A model generated the notes under the pieces. It searched no databases and was not told where the DNA came from. It saw only the letters and a program-made list of their open reading frames with translations. The translations under genes and the position numbers were made by a program. Source: the human T2T-CHM13v2.0 reference genome, Homo sapiens. Taken from it: a stretch of DNA of 64,000 bases. The stretch lies in the NCBI RefSeq assembly GCF_009914755.1, contig NC_060935.1; one strand, given 5' to 3'. Position 1 is the stretch's first letter, and each line of letters begins with the position of its first letter. This document shows, one piece after another, positions 36,611 to 49,649 of the stretch.

Positions 36611-39600
36611 ATCATGATTGGGTACAATTTTCCTTGCTCCAACCCCCAATGCCTATTTTGCAGATGAAGAAACTGAGAGTCAAGAAAGGAAAAAGCACTT
36701 GCCAAGACCTCATAGCTGGTTAGTGCTGGATGTAGGCACGGAACTAGGGGATGCTGAGATCACTTCTGCTCCCAGGATCTCACCTCAGGTTACCCTATGC
36801 CTGCAACGTGCTTCATTTAGCCAAGACCAGTGTCAGACTTTCAGCTTCTGGGACACATTCTCTCTTCTCCAGTGTCCAGCCTTTCACTACGCCCAAAGAT
36901 GAGACACCATGAGTATCCACAGAGCACTCGGTCCTTCCTGAGGTCTACAGCTTGCTGAGCTGTCAACATTGCACTAATTCTAGCACACCCTTCTCCCTCT
37001 CTCCTTTCTTGCCCTCTCCTTCCCTTCTTTGCCTTATCTCTTTCCTTTTCTCTTCTCTCATCCTCCCAAGCTTACTACAGTTCCTGAGCCTCTCACAGCC
37101 CAGGGAGGAGCAGCACACAGGAGTCCTGGATTTCAAGGAACTGGAGGCTTTGAGAGGAGAAGAAATGTGTCTGAATCATTTAGCTAGCAAAATGACAGAC
37201 CCGGGACTTGAATCCAGGGCTTCAGTCTTATTCTGCATCTTTGACTACACATCTCTGGTGCCAGAAAGCTCTATCTCTGCTCACTATGTGGTAAGTGAAC
37301 ACTGTGCCTGGCCAGGCCCCTTAATAGGCTGAGAAGCTCTTTGCCACCCAGCTCGAGCAGGGCTCGCTAACCTCACCCTCCAGGGATGGGGAAGCAGAGT
37401 GAGTGATACATTCCCCCTGGTGTGACTACATGTCTAATTCCTTCTCAGGGCCTTCTTAAGCCCTTGGCCTCAATTATGTTCCATGACCAGCAAGTGACAC
37501 AAATTAATTATCTGCTTGGAAAAGAAGGGCTTTCTTTTATCTGTTTGAAAGTGGTCACCTTCTCATTTCAAGGATTGGCCTCATAAATTCCAAGGAAGGA
37601 CAAAGAAGATGGCTACCAGCAGGAGGGAGACAGCAGAAGAAAGGAAAGAGATAAGGCAAAGTGAAGAGGGAGAGGGCAAGAGAGGAGAGAGGGAGTACAA
37701 TGTGCAAGAGTTAGTGCAATGTTAAAGGCACTAGCATAGACAACCTTAGACACTGGCAGGGCAAAAAGGAGGGGTGCTTCAAACTATTAAGGGAGAATAG
37801 ATGTCAAGAAAGGGCTTTCATATTTAAGCTGAGTATTAAATGGTTCAGAAAATATAGGCTTCATGAGGACAGGAACCATCTTTATTTGGTTCACCATTGT
37901 GTCACCTGTGTCCATCATAGTGGTTCGCATATAGTAGGTGCTCAATAAACATCCATCTATTCAATGAATTAATTAATCAGTAGACACTGGCCAAGCAAAT
38001 GAAGCAGGAAAAGCCATTGAAGGAAGATGGCAGCATGATTAAAGATGATTAGAATGACCAGCAGTTCTCCACCACTGGCACATGGCATATGTGTTGAGGG
38101 ATGGAGGGATGGTCAGGAACTGATCTGACTGGTCTGTGCTGCGTGTTCTTGATAATAATGAAATGACAGCAAATTCATTTTACATCTAAAATCCCATTTC
38201 ATCCTCACAGTCACTCTGTGAAGGGTACAAGAAGGCTCAGAAGGCTTACAAGTTCCCAGAGCAGGAACCAGTACTTGATTATTAACCTAGATCCTGTGAT
38301 CTTTCTCTAGTATCTGCTTGGGGATGACCCCTAGCCCTCAGTACCTTTCCTCCTCTGAGCATCCTCCAGGCTGGGTTCAGAGCACAGACATGTGTTTTCA
38401 TAACAATAAGTGGCAAATTTTCTTTAAAAATATTATCTGATTCATTCCACAGGCAAATAGGTGATCATGTTTTCATCATACATTCTTTCCAACTCCCTGT
38501 GCCTCTGCAGCTACCCTCATTCAACTAAGGTGGGGGTTATCTAAGGGTGGCTACAGAGAAGTGGGTGAGGGCTTTATGCTGTTTCTCTTGTTCCAGGCTA
38601 AAGGGAAAGAGAGAGAAATGCTTAAGATAAGCTTATAGACAGACATGGGCTCCAAGAGCTGGGCACACACCAAAGCACATTCTACCAGGAAGTATTTTAA
38701 GGACAGGGTGCAAAGGCATTAAGGGCCAATCCCTGGCCAACAGATACCTGCACCCAAGTGATGCAGGAGGCCAGGCAGGGCCAGGAGAGCGAATGGTGTG
38801 GGAATAAATTGTTCTTCATGCATGCTTCCTGCTAAGGCCATGGGACGTGGTGATACAAAGGTGATTTAAAGCCAGACAAACCTACTTTTAAATCCTGGAT
38901 CCGCCATGGGCTAGTTAGATGAACTCAGCTGTTATATCAAATGCATGTAAAGGTTAATAAGGGTCACATACAGAATCTCATGTGAACCCCATAGTACTGG
39001 TTGATAGTATGGGGGTAAGTGTTTGTTATAAACCCCATTTTTAGATGAGCAAACTAAGGATCAGAGAGTAATTTGGCCAAAGTTACCCTGAAAGCAATAG
39101 ATCTAAGACCTCTATGCTCAAAATCCCATGACCTGTCACTATGCTACACTGAGCCAGAGAGGCCAAAGCCCCTGAGCAGCAGCCATGAAGAATCTTAGCA
39201 AGAACCAGAAATCCAAAAGCCAGGGTACAGGTTTTAGATCCTCAAAGTCTTGTGCTAAGGGGCCTAAGGAAGGGAAAACTGAGCCTCATTAACATAGAGG
39301 TGGGGACCCCAGGACTTCTGGGATGCCTTCCCAGCTTCCTGGGTCCCCTGCCCACTGCCCTTCTCTCCCAAGCTGCTGCCTAATTACAGAGCTGTAAATG
39401 CAAATTATTCTAATAACTGGTGCTAATTTATACACATTTACATATAATTTGCAATTCATTTGCTGTCCACTTGTAGTCAAACTTCACTAATCCAGACCAA
39501 AGTGGGGAAGCCTACTCTGAAATGAAGAGTCTAGGTTATAGAATAATTCAATAGCTTATCACAGTTGAGTTTTATCTTAAGCAGGAAAGCCTGCTTTAAA

Positions 39601-40779
39601 ATCAAACATGCAAGGTAAAAATAGGTATTGCCAAAATTCTCCTTGAAAATCTACAAGAGCTGGGTTCTCAGAAGCTCAAAAGCCAAAAAATTAATTCCTT
39701 TTATTTCTCTTTGATTTTGAGCTGTGGAAGAGAGGACAATAGGTAAATAAAAGGCTCTCTCCCTCTTTCTCTGTCTGACTTTCTATGATGAAATTCAGGA
39801 AGTTGAAGTTCATTTATGTGATGCGACTCCACTGACTCAGTTTGAACTAGTAAAATCTTCCTAGTGCAAAATTTTCCATCCTTCAAAAAATGTAGATTGG
39901 AATTAGTTAACTGAAGTATGAGAAACCATACAGTAAATTGGGCTTAGATATCTGTGGGTCGCGTAATCAATGAATACAATTCAGGGAGTGCAAATGTGAC
40001 AACTGGGTTTGTGAGGTGTACACTGGATGGTGGCGTTGAAGAAAGAGGTATTATGTTTAAAAAATAACAAATACACACACACATGTGTATATTGTCTAGA
40101 AGTGAATCCTGAGTAGGGATTCTTGCCCAAGTGATTTATTGAGGAAGATTGATTGGAGGATGTACTCTTAGGAGTGAGGGGGAAGGAGAAGGCAGGAGAG
40201 ATGGGGAGCTAAGTGAAAATGTGTCTCAGCTAAAAGTAGCTTTAGACTTGCTTCTGATGCCATGGGCAAGCTCTAACCAAGAGCTCTAAATCCCCCTACC
40301 CCAGAGTTAGCCCCACCTTGGGGACCTTTGACCCACATGTGACAGTCAATCATTGTCTGAGATAAACTCCCAGGGACTGTGGTCGCCCAAGCCAGCTGGC
40401 CAATATCTGCAGGGGCTAAAGAGCATCTGGGTTGGGCACCAATAGTGTCTACTGCAGTTCACCCTTTGCACAGCTCCAATCCACTTTCTTCTTTCACTAA
40501 GTTCACTCCACCCAGATACAGCAACCTCAGAATTCTGAAAGATCACAATTTCCTTGGAGACATATTAGGTTGGTGCAAAAGGAAGGTTAATAGATTGAAC
40601 CACAGCCCTGCTGCATGTGCCCAAGGCCATGACTGCTGTTCATGATCTTCTACTTCCACCCACTCTAGATTCCCCTCACATTTAGCTAGCGCTTCTGCTG
40701 GTCTAAGGGACTTGCCTAGCGGGTTGACCTAGCTTGCGCTGTCCATGTAAGGAGCCTTCCAGTGTCACCTGATAAAGGG

Positions 40780-41860
40780 ATTGAGGCAGAATTTCTAAGA
40801 CTGGAATATGCTGCCTCCAAAACACAAAGAAGCCAAATAACTGTTATGCTTATTTCTTAATGATAGGAGGTACACGGAGTAATAACTTGTCCTGGGGAGG
40901 GGCTATCCCTAGGCTATTAGCTCCTTAAAAACTTCAATGATATGGCAGTACCCTAAGTCCCTGGGGTTTATCACCAACCCTCTAGATAGCATGTATCTAT
41001 CTTACAATGGCATCCAGTGTATTTATCGCTTCTTCTCATTGGTCCAATTAACATGATAGCATCAATAAAGTGGACCATTCTGATATTTTGCATGGTGTCC
41101 AGAGAGTCCGGGATACTTGGGACTATGTTATGAACAGAGAATTATCATTCTCCCTGAGACAAGATGATGAATTTATATTGTTATCTTTTCCATATGAATA
41201 CTAACTGTATTTGATCTTTCTTGCTGATGGATTAAAAAAAAAGAACACATTCACCAGATCAATAGCTACATACCATTTACCCAAGGCCATGTTAACCTGC
41301 TCTAGTAAATATATGACTGGCATGACAGCTACAATTGGGACTACTATTCGGTCAACTTTGCAATCATCCACTGTCATCTGCCATAATCTATCTGGGTTTT
41401 GCAGGGGCCAGACTGGTGAATTATATGGGATAGGAACAGCCTGTCCCATACAATGACAGGAACCACCTCCTCAGTATCTTTTAAACCAGTTAGGGTGGCA
41501 CTAATCTTTGCCATCCTCCCTGGAATGTGATATTGTTTTTGATTTACTATCCTGGTAAAGAGAGGAAACTTTCAGGATATTCTACTGGCCTTTCCTATTC
41601 AATAGTTCTTATTCTATAGGTCAAAGAACTAATGGAAAGTTGTATCTCTTGCTAAACATGTCCAATCCAATTATATTTCAGGAACCAGAGAAATGACCAC
41701 CAGGTGGACCATTTTGAGACATGCCAGGGCCAGAACTCCATCTATCACCAGGCCCTCTCTGGCCTCTCTAACAGGAGTGTCATCATTGTGCTTGTGTCCC
41801 CCAGTATCAGCATCAACTCAGAACTTGTTTCCAACAGACCTCAAAAGGCTCTGGGTATTT
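40780..41860 (-). pseudogene. ERVL protease/RT remnant (frameshifted, catalytically dead)
   Basis: ORF 41201-41449 PYNSPVWPLQ..WQMTVD..LLEQVN..WYVAIDLVNVFF is an ERVL RT N-terminus; YIDD box reads VHFIDAIMLIG (41041-41078); protease LLDTG reads LLETS (~41790-41840). Confidence 0.85.
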
Positions 41861-42119
41861 CCTCTTTCCAGTGCCTGGTTATGCCAGTAAACAACTATAG
41901 GTCCTTTGGGGACCTATAGAACTGGGGGAATCACTACTGTGCCCACTTACTGTGGCACTGCAGGGTCTCTCTTTGTGGAAATTTGGCCTCCCCTTTAGTC
42001 AATGGCCAATGAGCTCTGGGTTTGAGAACTGGCTCAGCTCTGGAAACCAGCAAGACATCTTGACTTTCTTTAGAAAGGTTGAAGGTGGTCTTACGTTCAT
42101 TCATTATTGATCTCTTATG

Positions 42120-42124
<5 letters not shown>

Positions 42125-42153
<29 letters not shown>
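42125..42153. repeat. (AC)n microsatellite
   Basis: About (AC)14. Confidence 0.95.
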
Positions 42154-42155
<2 letters not shown>

Positions 42156-42299
42156 TAACTTTGCTAGCTGCCCATCTATTTTACCTCTAGGAACACCATG
42201 ATTTACATACTATTTCCAGAAATCTCTGTAGTCTGGGCTCTTCTAGCCACTGTTGCAACCTTGCTGCCCTTACAGTAATTACATCCACCACGCTTCTGA

Positions 42300-43400
42300 C
42301 ACTTAGGTGCTACCACCTGGCCTCTGCTGTGCTGGGATTTTTACCATTTCTACTAGGGAGCCCAGTTCTGAAATACGATCTCTTCAGTCCTACCCAAACC
42401 TCTCTGCTGACGCTGGTGTCCCTCACTCACACATTCCTAATCACCCTAGTAAACCGAGTGATCTCCAGGCCTTCCTGAGAAACCGTTTGAGGGTGGATTT
42501 CCTCGTATTAGATAACAGGCCCACTCTAGCATGCCCACTTCTCTGAGCCTTTTGGTCTCTTTCTGCCCAGTTGGCCATGGCAGTTCCGGCAACTCTGTTT
42601 TGTTTAATGTGGGCCACTGTTTTCTCCAAGCTTCCAAGCACCATCTCAGCAGTGCATTAGAAGCATAACCTGGGGCCCTCACCAGGATGTTCTATCCTGT
42701 GTCATGGGAGAGTACCCTGCACTGAAAACTCTCCCTATCCAGCTTTATATTCTGGCCCCTCCCCAATCTAGGCCCTTTGGATCCACCCCTTGTTCCTGGC
42801 CCCACTGTATTGTAGCCAGTTCCTGCAGCTTTGGAGAGAATCCTCTAATCCCTCAGCAGGCCCAGCCCTTTCCCAGTCTGGCTATGCTGAGATTTGACCC
42901 CAATTTGTGATCTGGTGGCCAGAAGGGGAGATGGGGGCAAATCCAGAGGGTAGCAAGTACTGGCCTGTTAGAAGGCCTCATGTAAGGTCTCTGCATCATT
43001 TTCAAGCAAGCAGGAGCTTCTATTTTAACAGGGGCAGTGGGCCATTTATGCAGGCCCAAGAGGTCCAGGGGACTCTGAAGATTTAGTTCTCAAGCACAGC
43101 TATCCAGATATTCCCATCCCAAGTGTCAGTGTCCCACTGTCACAGCCCCACTGTCAGCATAAGTGACTCACCTAGGCTGAGAATTCAGTCTTCTTTGAAG
43201 TTCTGACACTTCTACAGTTACACCCTGAGCCTGGTTTCTAGCTCTGCCTGTCCCTGGCTGTAGGAATGGAAGGTTTTTTTAAACGCCTAGCACTTTGCTT
43301 TAAATTGTTAATTAGTAGATTTGAGCCTGCCATTTTCTCTCTTCAACAAATCAGTGGTGTTTAGCAAAACCCACCCAGTTCCACAGTCTGTATAGTGACG
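42300..43400 (-). pseudogene. ERVL gag remnant
   Basis: ORF 42446-42682 LEAWRKQWPTLNKTELPELPW..RLREVGMLEW resembles ERVL Gag. Confidence 0.75.
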
Positions 43401-43415
43401 TCTCCCTAAGCTCCT

Positions 43416-43787
43416 ATTATGGACTGAATTGTACCCTACTACCCTAATCCATATGTTGAAACCCTGACCTCCAATGTGACTGTATTTAGAGATAATCACC
43501 TCTCTAAAGGCCCTAAGTTTAAATGAAGTCATAAGGGTTGGGCGCTAATCCAATATGACTGGTGTGCTTACAAGAAGAGGGAGAGACACCAGGGATGTAT
43601 GCACAGAGGAAAGGTCATCTGGAGACACGGTGAGAAGATGACCGTCTGCAAGTCAAGGAGAAAGCCTCAGGAGAAACCAAACCTGCCGATACCTTGTTTT
43701 CAAACTTCCATCCTCCAGAACTATGGGAAAACACATTTCTGTTGTTTAAGCCACCTAGTCTGTGATATTATGGCAGCCCTAGCAGAC
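43416..43787 (+). mobile_element. MLT1A-like LTR nested in the ERVL internal region
   Basis: tatggactgaattgt..catatgttgaaaccctgacctccaatgtgactgtattt..ctaatccaatatgactggtgt..tttctgttgtttaagccacctagtctgtg. Confidence 0.9.
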
Positions 43788-44122
43788 ATCTTCCCAATTC
43801 CCAAGACACTGGGCCAGCTGGTACAGCCCCTTTCCAGTTCACCTAGGTAAAGATGTTAGCAATCCCACTGCTACAGCCTGCCAGGGACTATCAGCACTTC
43901 GCCTGCTTCATTGCAACCCAGTTCTAGAAACCCATACTTTGTGTCATTCTTTTTTTCTTTTTCTTTTTCTTTTTTTGTTTGTTTGTTTGTTTGTTTTTTA
44001 GGACCATGCTCAATACCAGATGTCTCAGGTCAGGCTCCTCAAAAAACAGAGCCTGATACGAGGACCCTTGTTAAAGCTTTTTATTAGGGTGGTAAATTCA
44101 GAAGAAGGGGATTGAGGGAAAT

Positions 44123-44494
44123 TGTATGAGTCTGTTCTCACGTTGCTAATAAAGACATACCTGATACTGGGTAATTTATAAAGAAAAAGAGGTTTAATGG
44201 ACTCACAGTTCGCATGGCTGGGGAGGTCTCACAATCTTGGCAGAAGGTGAGGAGAAGCAAAACCACGTCTCACACAGCAGCAGGCAAGGAGAGAATGAGA
44301 GCCAAGTGAAAGGAGTTTCCCCTTATAAAACCATCAGATCTCGTGAGACTTATTCACTACTACGAGAACAGTATGGGGGAAAACCACCCCGATGATTCAG
44401 TTATCTCCCACAGGGTCCCTTCCACAACACGTGGGAATTATGGGAGCTACAGTTCAAGGTGAGATTTGGGTGGGGACACAGCCAAACCATATTA
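44123..44494 (-). mobile_element. THE1 (MaLR) solo LTR nested in the ERVL 5' LTR
   Basis: gctaataaagacatacctga.actgggtaatttataaag..ccatcagatctcgtgagacttattcactac..tgggtggggacacagccaaaccatat. Confidence 0.95.
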
Positions 44495-44859
44495 GAAGCA
44501 AAACAGCACTAAAAGAAAAGCTAATGAGGAATGTGCCCTTGGCTGACAACTAGCTTCAATCTGATCTCATGGGCAGGTAGCGCTGCAGTGTGAATTCCTC
44601 AGAGCTTGTCTCACCTTGAAGCAAGAGAACTGTCCTTTTACCCCATGCCAGTCAGTCATCAGCTGAGGTCTGCCACTGGGGAAGGAGAGGTGAGAGCACA
44701 GTCTCCATGGGGAAGCAGCTTACATTTGGCCAAGGATGGCACTCCAGAAAAGGGTGCACCTGTGAATTGTTATGCACCAACAGTTACAGCAGCTGGGACA
44801 TGGGGTCATCAGCCAGTAAAGGGAGTTTTGGTGGAGCACCTACAGCTTCTACTACAGAT

Positions 44860-44975
44860 AGGTGTATGATGGATGGAGGGAGGAAGGGATGGATTGATGG
44901 ATAGATGGATGTATGGGTAGACAGACAGATGATAGGTAGATAGATGACAATAGATAGGTGCATAGATAGGTAGAT
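44860..44975. repeat. (TGGA)n/(TAGA)n degenerate tetranucleotide repeat
   Basis: Directly visible. Confidence 0.85.
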
Positions 44976-45167
44976 CACATTTTGTAGGAATTAATAGGGC
45001 ATGAGAAGTCTGCAAACATCAAATCCATCTATCTCCGCTAAATTGAAAGACATAAATGGCCTCATTGCATTACGCACCTCCTAAAATACCTTTTTGGGCA
45101 CCTAACATATGACTGCACACTGATGAGGAGGATTAGGAAGAATATACGACAATGCCAAGGAGGATTA

Positions 45168-45560
45168 CTGCTACAGGTCAGGGTCCTCAGGGAGCAGACC
45201 CTGAGTTGGAGATTAGTGTGAAGGAAGAAAGCTAGAATGGGCAGAGGGAGAAGTTGGGCTGAGATGTAGTCTCATTAACAGCCTCAGCTGATGCCACCAC
45301 AAGTCAGAATGGCATTTCAAAGTTGTGCCAAGCTGAAATGAGTGGTCCAGGCTTTCATGTCTTTGCATAGGCCAATCACTGGATGCAACCTGCCCCAGGA
45401 AAGAGGGATGACCTCGGACAAGATGGCCCTTCAATGAGGACAACTCCTGAAGAGGGCTGACAGGTGAGGGCTGTCTACCGACAACCCTTGCAGCAGCTGG
45501 CAAAATAAACACTTCTGTCCTTCAGAATGTTCTAGGCTGCACAGCACAGTGTCCAGTATA
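45168..45560 (-). mobile_element. LTR16A-like solo LTR inserted in L2
   Basis: caggtcagggtcctcagggagcagaccctgag..gggcagagggagaagttgggctg..ggctgacaggtgagggctgtct. Confidence 0.75.
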
Positions 45561-46819
45561 ATCACCTGACTTCGTCTAAGGGGGAGGGAAGGCTCCTGTG
45601 AGGAGCTGGCAGCCAGCGGGGTCTGAAGGATGAGTGGGAGTTACGAGGTGCAAGGCGCCACCCTGCTTCCTCTTCAGCACAAGATTAGAAAGTTCTCAAT
45701 TAGGCTGTTTTACGCTGAAGACTTTTTGGAAAAGAAGCAATTAGGCACCATTAACTAGGATACCTGTTCTCTCTCTTTTGTTTTCCCTTTTAAAAACAAG
45801 CTGGAAAATATGCCTTCGTTAACCCGCTTTTCATTTGGAAGCCAGCAGCAGAGCTTCTGAGTGTGTCAGCCTGCTTGAAGATGAAATGGAAAAGAGCTTG
45901 TCAAACATCTCCCTACAAGGGCAGGAAAGGGAAGTCGGTAGGGGAAAGGTTGGGTAGGAGGATTGCTCAGACTCAAGAAACTATCTGCAAGGCACTAATT
46001 GGGCTGCCAAAATGTGCCGAGGCAAAGAGGAGAAAGGCAGATAAACAGTTTCGTAGCAAGGGGTCAATGGTGAGGCCAGGCAAAGCTGCAGCAGAGCCCC
46101 TCCACCCAGCAAGAAGCTGGGATTAAGTGGGTTTCAGAATGCGGCTGGGGCAGCTCACAGGGGCTGTGAGCCCTTGAACTTGCTATTTCAGGCTGAGGTC
46201 CAGGTGACCCTCCTCCCCCAATCCCATCCCCACCCCACTCCTCTGCAACATTACTGTGGGGGAAATTGCTGGTGGAAACAAGGGAGGTACATTACTAAGC
46301 TTGGTGTTCCAGGAAGGAGCTGAGAAGGGAAGGTCAGGGAGAGCAAGCCATCCAGATGGCAAGGCCAGTGCCACAGAAGAAGGGGAGAGGCAGGAGTGAA
46401 TGCTACTAGGGTCAGGCAAAGAAGGTCACTCACAGCTTTTGGGCAGAAGAGAAAGCTTGAGGTAAAGTACAAGGTACATGAAGGTAAAGAAAGAAGCCTG
46501 TTTTTCCAGCTCATTCTCCTCTCTCTGGTCCCTAATTTCTACTTCTCTGCAGAGAGCAGAGCATTCTTGGCAAGTTAGGTGTGCCGTGCACACCCCTTCT
46601 CCACCATTCCCCAACCACATTGCCCCTGCTGTTGCCCTCTGGCCTCTACCTTGAATCCACAGAGGACAGCAGGCAAAGCTGGTCTACTCCACTCATTGCA
46701 CCATCCTCCTCATCTTCCTTGGTCCCTTTAGTGAGAGCAGTCCCTAGAAGCCAAGCCATAAGAGCAATTCCATGATGGCCTCAACATTTTAGAAGAAAGA
46801 AGTTCTGTACGGGGGTCTA

Positions 46820-47400
46820 GCATCATTCATCTCTTCAATTCTCAAACAGTATTTAGGTGGCTACTGTGCCAGGCACCATGTTAGAAATAAACAACATACA
46901 ACTCCTTTGAGTAGGAGAAATAAAGCTGCAAGCCAGTATCTATACCGTAAGTGAAAACATGCTATGCGAATGCAGAAATTAGTCCTGCTTGGGGTTGGGG
47001 AAAGAGGAGGGTTTAATAGGAGTTGTGGGCTTTTAAGGGTTAAGTAGATAGACATTAATGAGGCAGAAAAAGAGGTGAGAGAAGAGACTACAGCAGGAAC
47101 AGTACACTGGTATAGAGGCTTGAAAATTGTTTCATGTATGCATTCAGAAAATGGGGAATCAGAATCTGGGAAAGTCAGAATATGGTCTGTGTGGGGAAAT
47201 AATGGAAAGTGATCCTGGAAGGCTGGAAATGTGAGCCTAATGGTTTTAGATGTGAAAAATCAAAGACAATTTTTAGGAATTAGTACAGTTAGATTAAGAT
47301 TTTTGGAAATACCATAATGAAATGGAGAAGGCAAGAGAGGAGGCAGTTAGGAGCGAGGAGGCTGTTGAACTAGTCAGAGCAAGAATCGATGTGGGTCTGG
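46820..47400 (-). mobile_element. L2 fragment
   Basis: cagtatttaggtggctactgtgccaggcaccatgttag..gaggcagttaggag. Confidence 0.6.
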
Positions 47401-47803
47401 CAGCGAATTCCACCAGTGAATAAATGGTTGTCAAATAAGCACAAAAGGGGGTTTTGAACCACCTTCAAGCTGGTGGGGAGGGAGTGGTTAAAGATGATTG
47501 TAGTATGCTGATGAAATGAGCTATTCACCTTATGCACACAGGAGATGAGGGAAGTGGGGATTTGTGAGCACAAGTGGGAAAGACATGTTATGGTCTGGAT
47601 TGTGGTCGTATCAAATGACCTCTGCTCTGTGGCCCCTCCCCTCAACTTTTTCAGGAAATAAAAGGCTGGAACCAGTCCCCCTGAGAATGGGATGAGAAGA
47701 GAAGTCCTCATAGAAGTCACAGAAATAAGACAGAGCTGACATGTTCACTGTGGTCTCTGCCCACCACCCCAGCCCAATACCTTGACCACACATGATTACT
47801 TAA

Positions 47804-47935
47804 TGAGGTGTCAAACATCCTAGTTTGTCCAGGACAGTTCAAGATTGTACTTGATATTCAGGCAATATGATTAATCCAGTTCCTTTCACTCTCAAAACTG
47901 GCCCAGTTTGAATGATAAAATGGAAGTTGACCTTA
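47804..47935. mobile_element. MER94 (hAT-Blackjack)
   Basis: catcctagtttgtccaggacagt..ctttcactctcaaaact..ccagtttgaatgataaaat. Confidence 0.7.
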
Positions 47936-49649
47936 CCAATCAACTGCAGCATTCTTTCCCACTGAGCCCAGGTGCAACCTCAAAATCCTTTTCTACACAG
48001 CCTTCTTTCTAGGCAACAGCTATCAATCAATCAGGTATTGAAATCAACTTGCCACCTTTTTGAAAGAAGAAAGAACATAGGTCTAATATTAGCTGGGCAA
48101 ACACAGCCATGCAATTTGACCTCTCAAGCCTCCATTTCTTCATTTGACAACTGAAAAAATAGCATTGCCTACTCACAGAGCTAGTGTGAGCATCAAGTGA
48201 GGTAGCACATAGAAAAATGCTATACAAATGGTAGTGTTTTTAGGATTACTCAAAGGACAGAAACAGCTGGCATGTTAGCGCCTCAGGGGTCTTGGCATCA
48301 TCCTCCCCCCTACCCCAGTAGGAGACCATGAGCCTCCTTGTGAAGGAGGCTGTGGTAGCCAGCAGCTCCTTCTGAAGTTTAGGCCTCTCTTCCCCTAATC
48401 CTCTCTTCATTTGGAGACAAACAACAAACCCCTCTGGCACCCCCACCCCTCAGATCAACTCCATCAAGAAGCGAGGCTTCTCTTTGTACTACAGCAAACA
48501 CACGTCTCTTATTGACGTTCCCCTGGGACCCTCTGTGGCAACACATGCGTAGCTTTGAAGTTGCGAGTGTGTTTAATGCGCAAGGGCCCCGTCTCGGTTC
48601 AAGGACAGTATTTTAAGTCCCTGAGAAGAGAGGAACAAAGTTTTGATTGCAGAAAGAAACAGATCCTTAACAGACTTGAATGATAAAACATCACAATCTC
48701 ATCCGATTGTAGCAGCCAGCTCTGAAGAGGGAGTCACGGAAGAAACAATTGATTGGGAAGCCTGACTTTAATCTCAGCCATAAGCCTGTTCCTTGACCTA
48801 AGCTACTACCAGTTCCCTGACTTGTGACAGGCACAGAACTAAAAACGCAGGGTGCAAGCTGCTCAGGGCAGGACTGCTGGGGAAGCAAACATAACCGCGG
48901 CTTGGAAAACTTCAGGACAAAGGCATCGTGTGGGAAAATGGCCTCCTTTGAAAGATTACTGCCTGAAGGAGGTGTCACCTGATCAAATAATAAAATCCTG
49001 AAGAGGGTACAGCTCATCACTTGACCTGGATCCATCTACAGAAGAATAGCCATCATTTCACCTTTTCAAATGAGCTTAGTTGTTTCAGAAACAAACCATA
49101 AACTTCACTGCAGGTCCAGCGAGAGTCCAGGCTTCAAGAGGGAAGAAAAGAGCCACTCTTCTGGAAGCAACTAAAGGAAAGAAATATGAGGCAGATAGCT
49201 GTTGAGAATATTGTCTTCTCACGGATTCCATGAGGATCTGGCCCAGAACCTGGGTGGAAAACAGACCAATCATCACCAAACCAGCTTCACCAACAATGCT
49301 GCAGGCAGTGACCTGAGAGATGCCCGGACCAGGAGAGAGGCCACACTGGGAAGCCAAGGTGATCTTAGTGATACCTGGGACTCAGGCACTGCCTATCATT
49401 CTGAAGAGCAGGGGTCAGGCCAGCAAGCTGGGCTCATGAGTAAAGGCAGGTGGAGAAGATCATCTAGAGGGGTCATCAGAAAGTTTAGGTCTCAACTTTT
49501 CAGTTGAGAAATATTAATATAATCACCCCATGTTCCCAGGGGTGATCAGTACTAGGGGGATGGTTTGCACTGAGCTAAGAGCATCTTATTCATCTGTATA
49601 TCTTCTGGGACAAGCACAATGTATGGCATATACCAGGTCAATGATTTTA

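Larger units (their letters stand above)
40084..44858 (-). mobile_element. Degenerate, internally deleted ERVL provirus (HERV16/LTR16-type) with two LTRs
   Basis: 3' LTR ~40084-40456 preceded by PPT aaagggtgaac (minus); 5' LTR 44021-44858 followed by PBS-like tggtattgagcatggtcc; gag, protease and RT remnants in between. Confidence 0.85.

Noticed and set aside
40737-40748. REST/RE1-like gcgctgtccatg
   Set aside because: Only a half site, lying inside the ERVL remnant.
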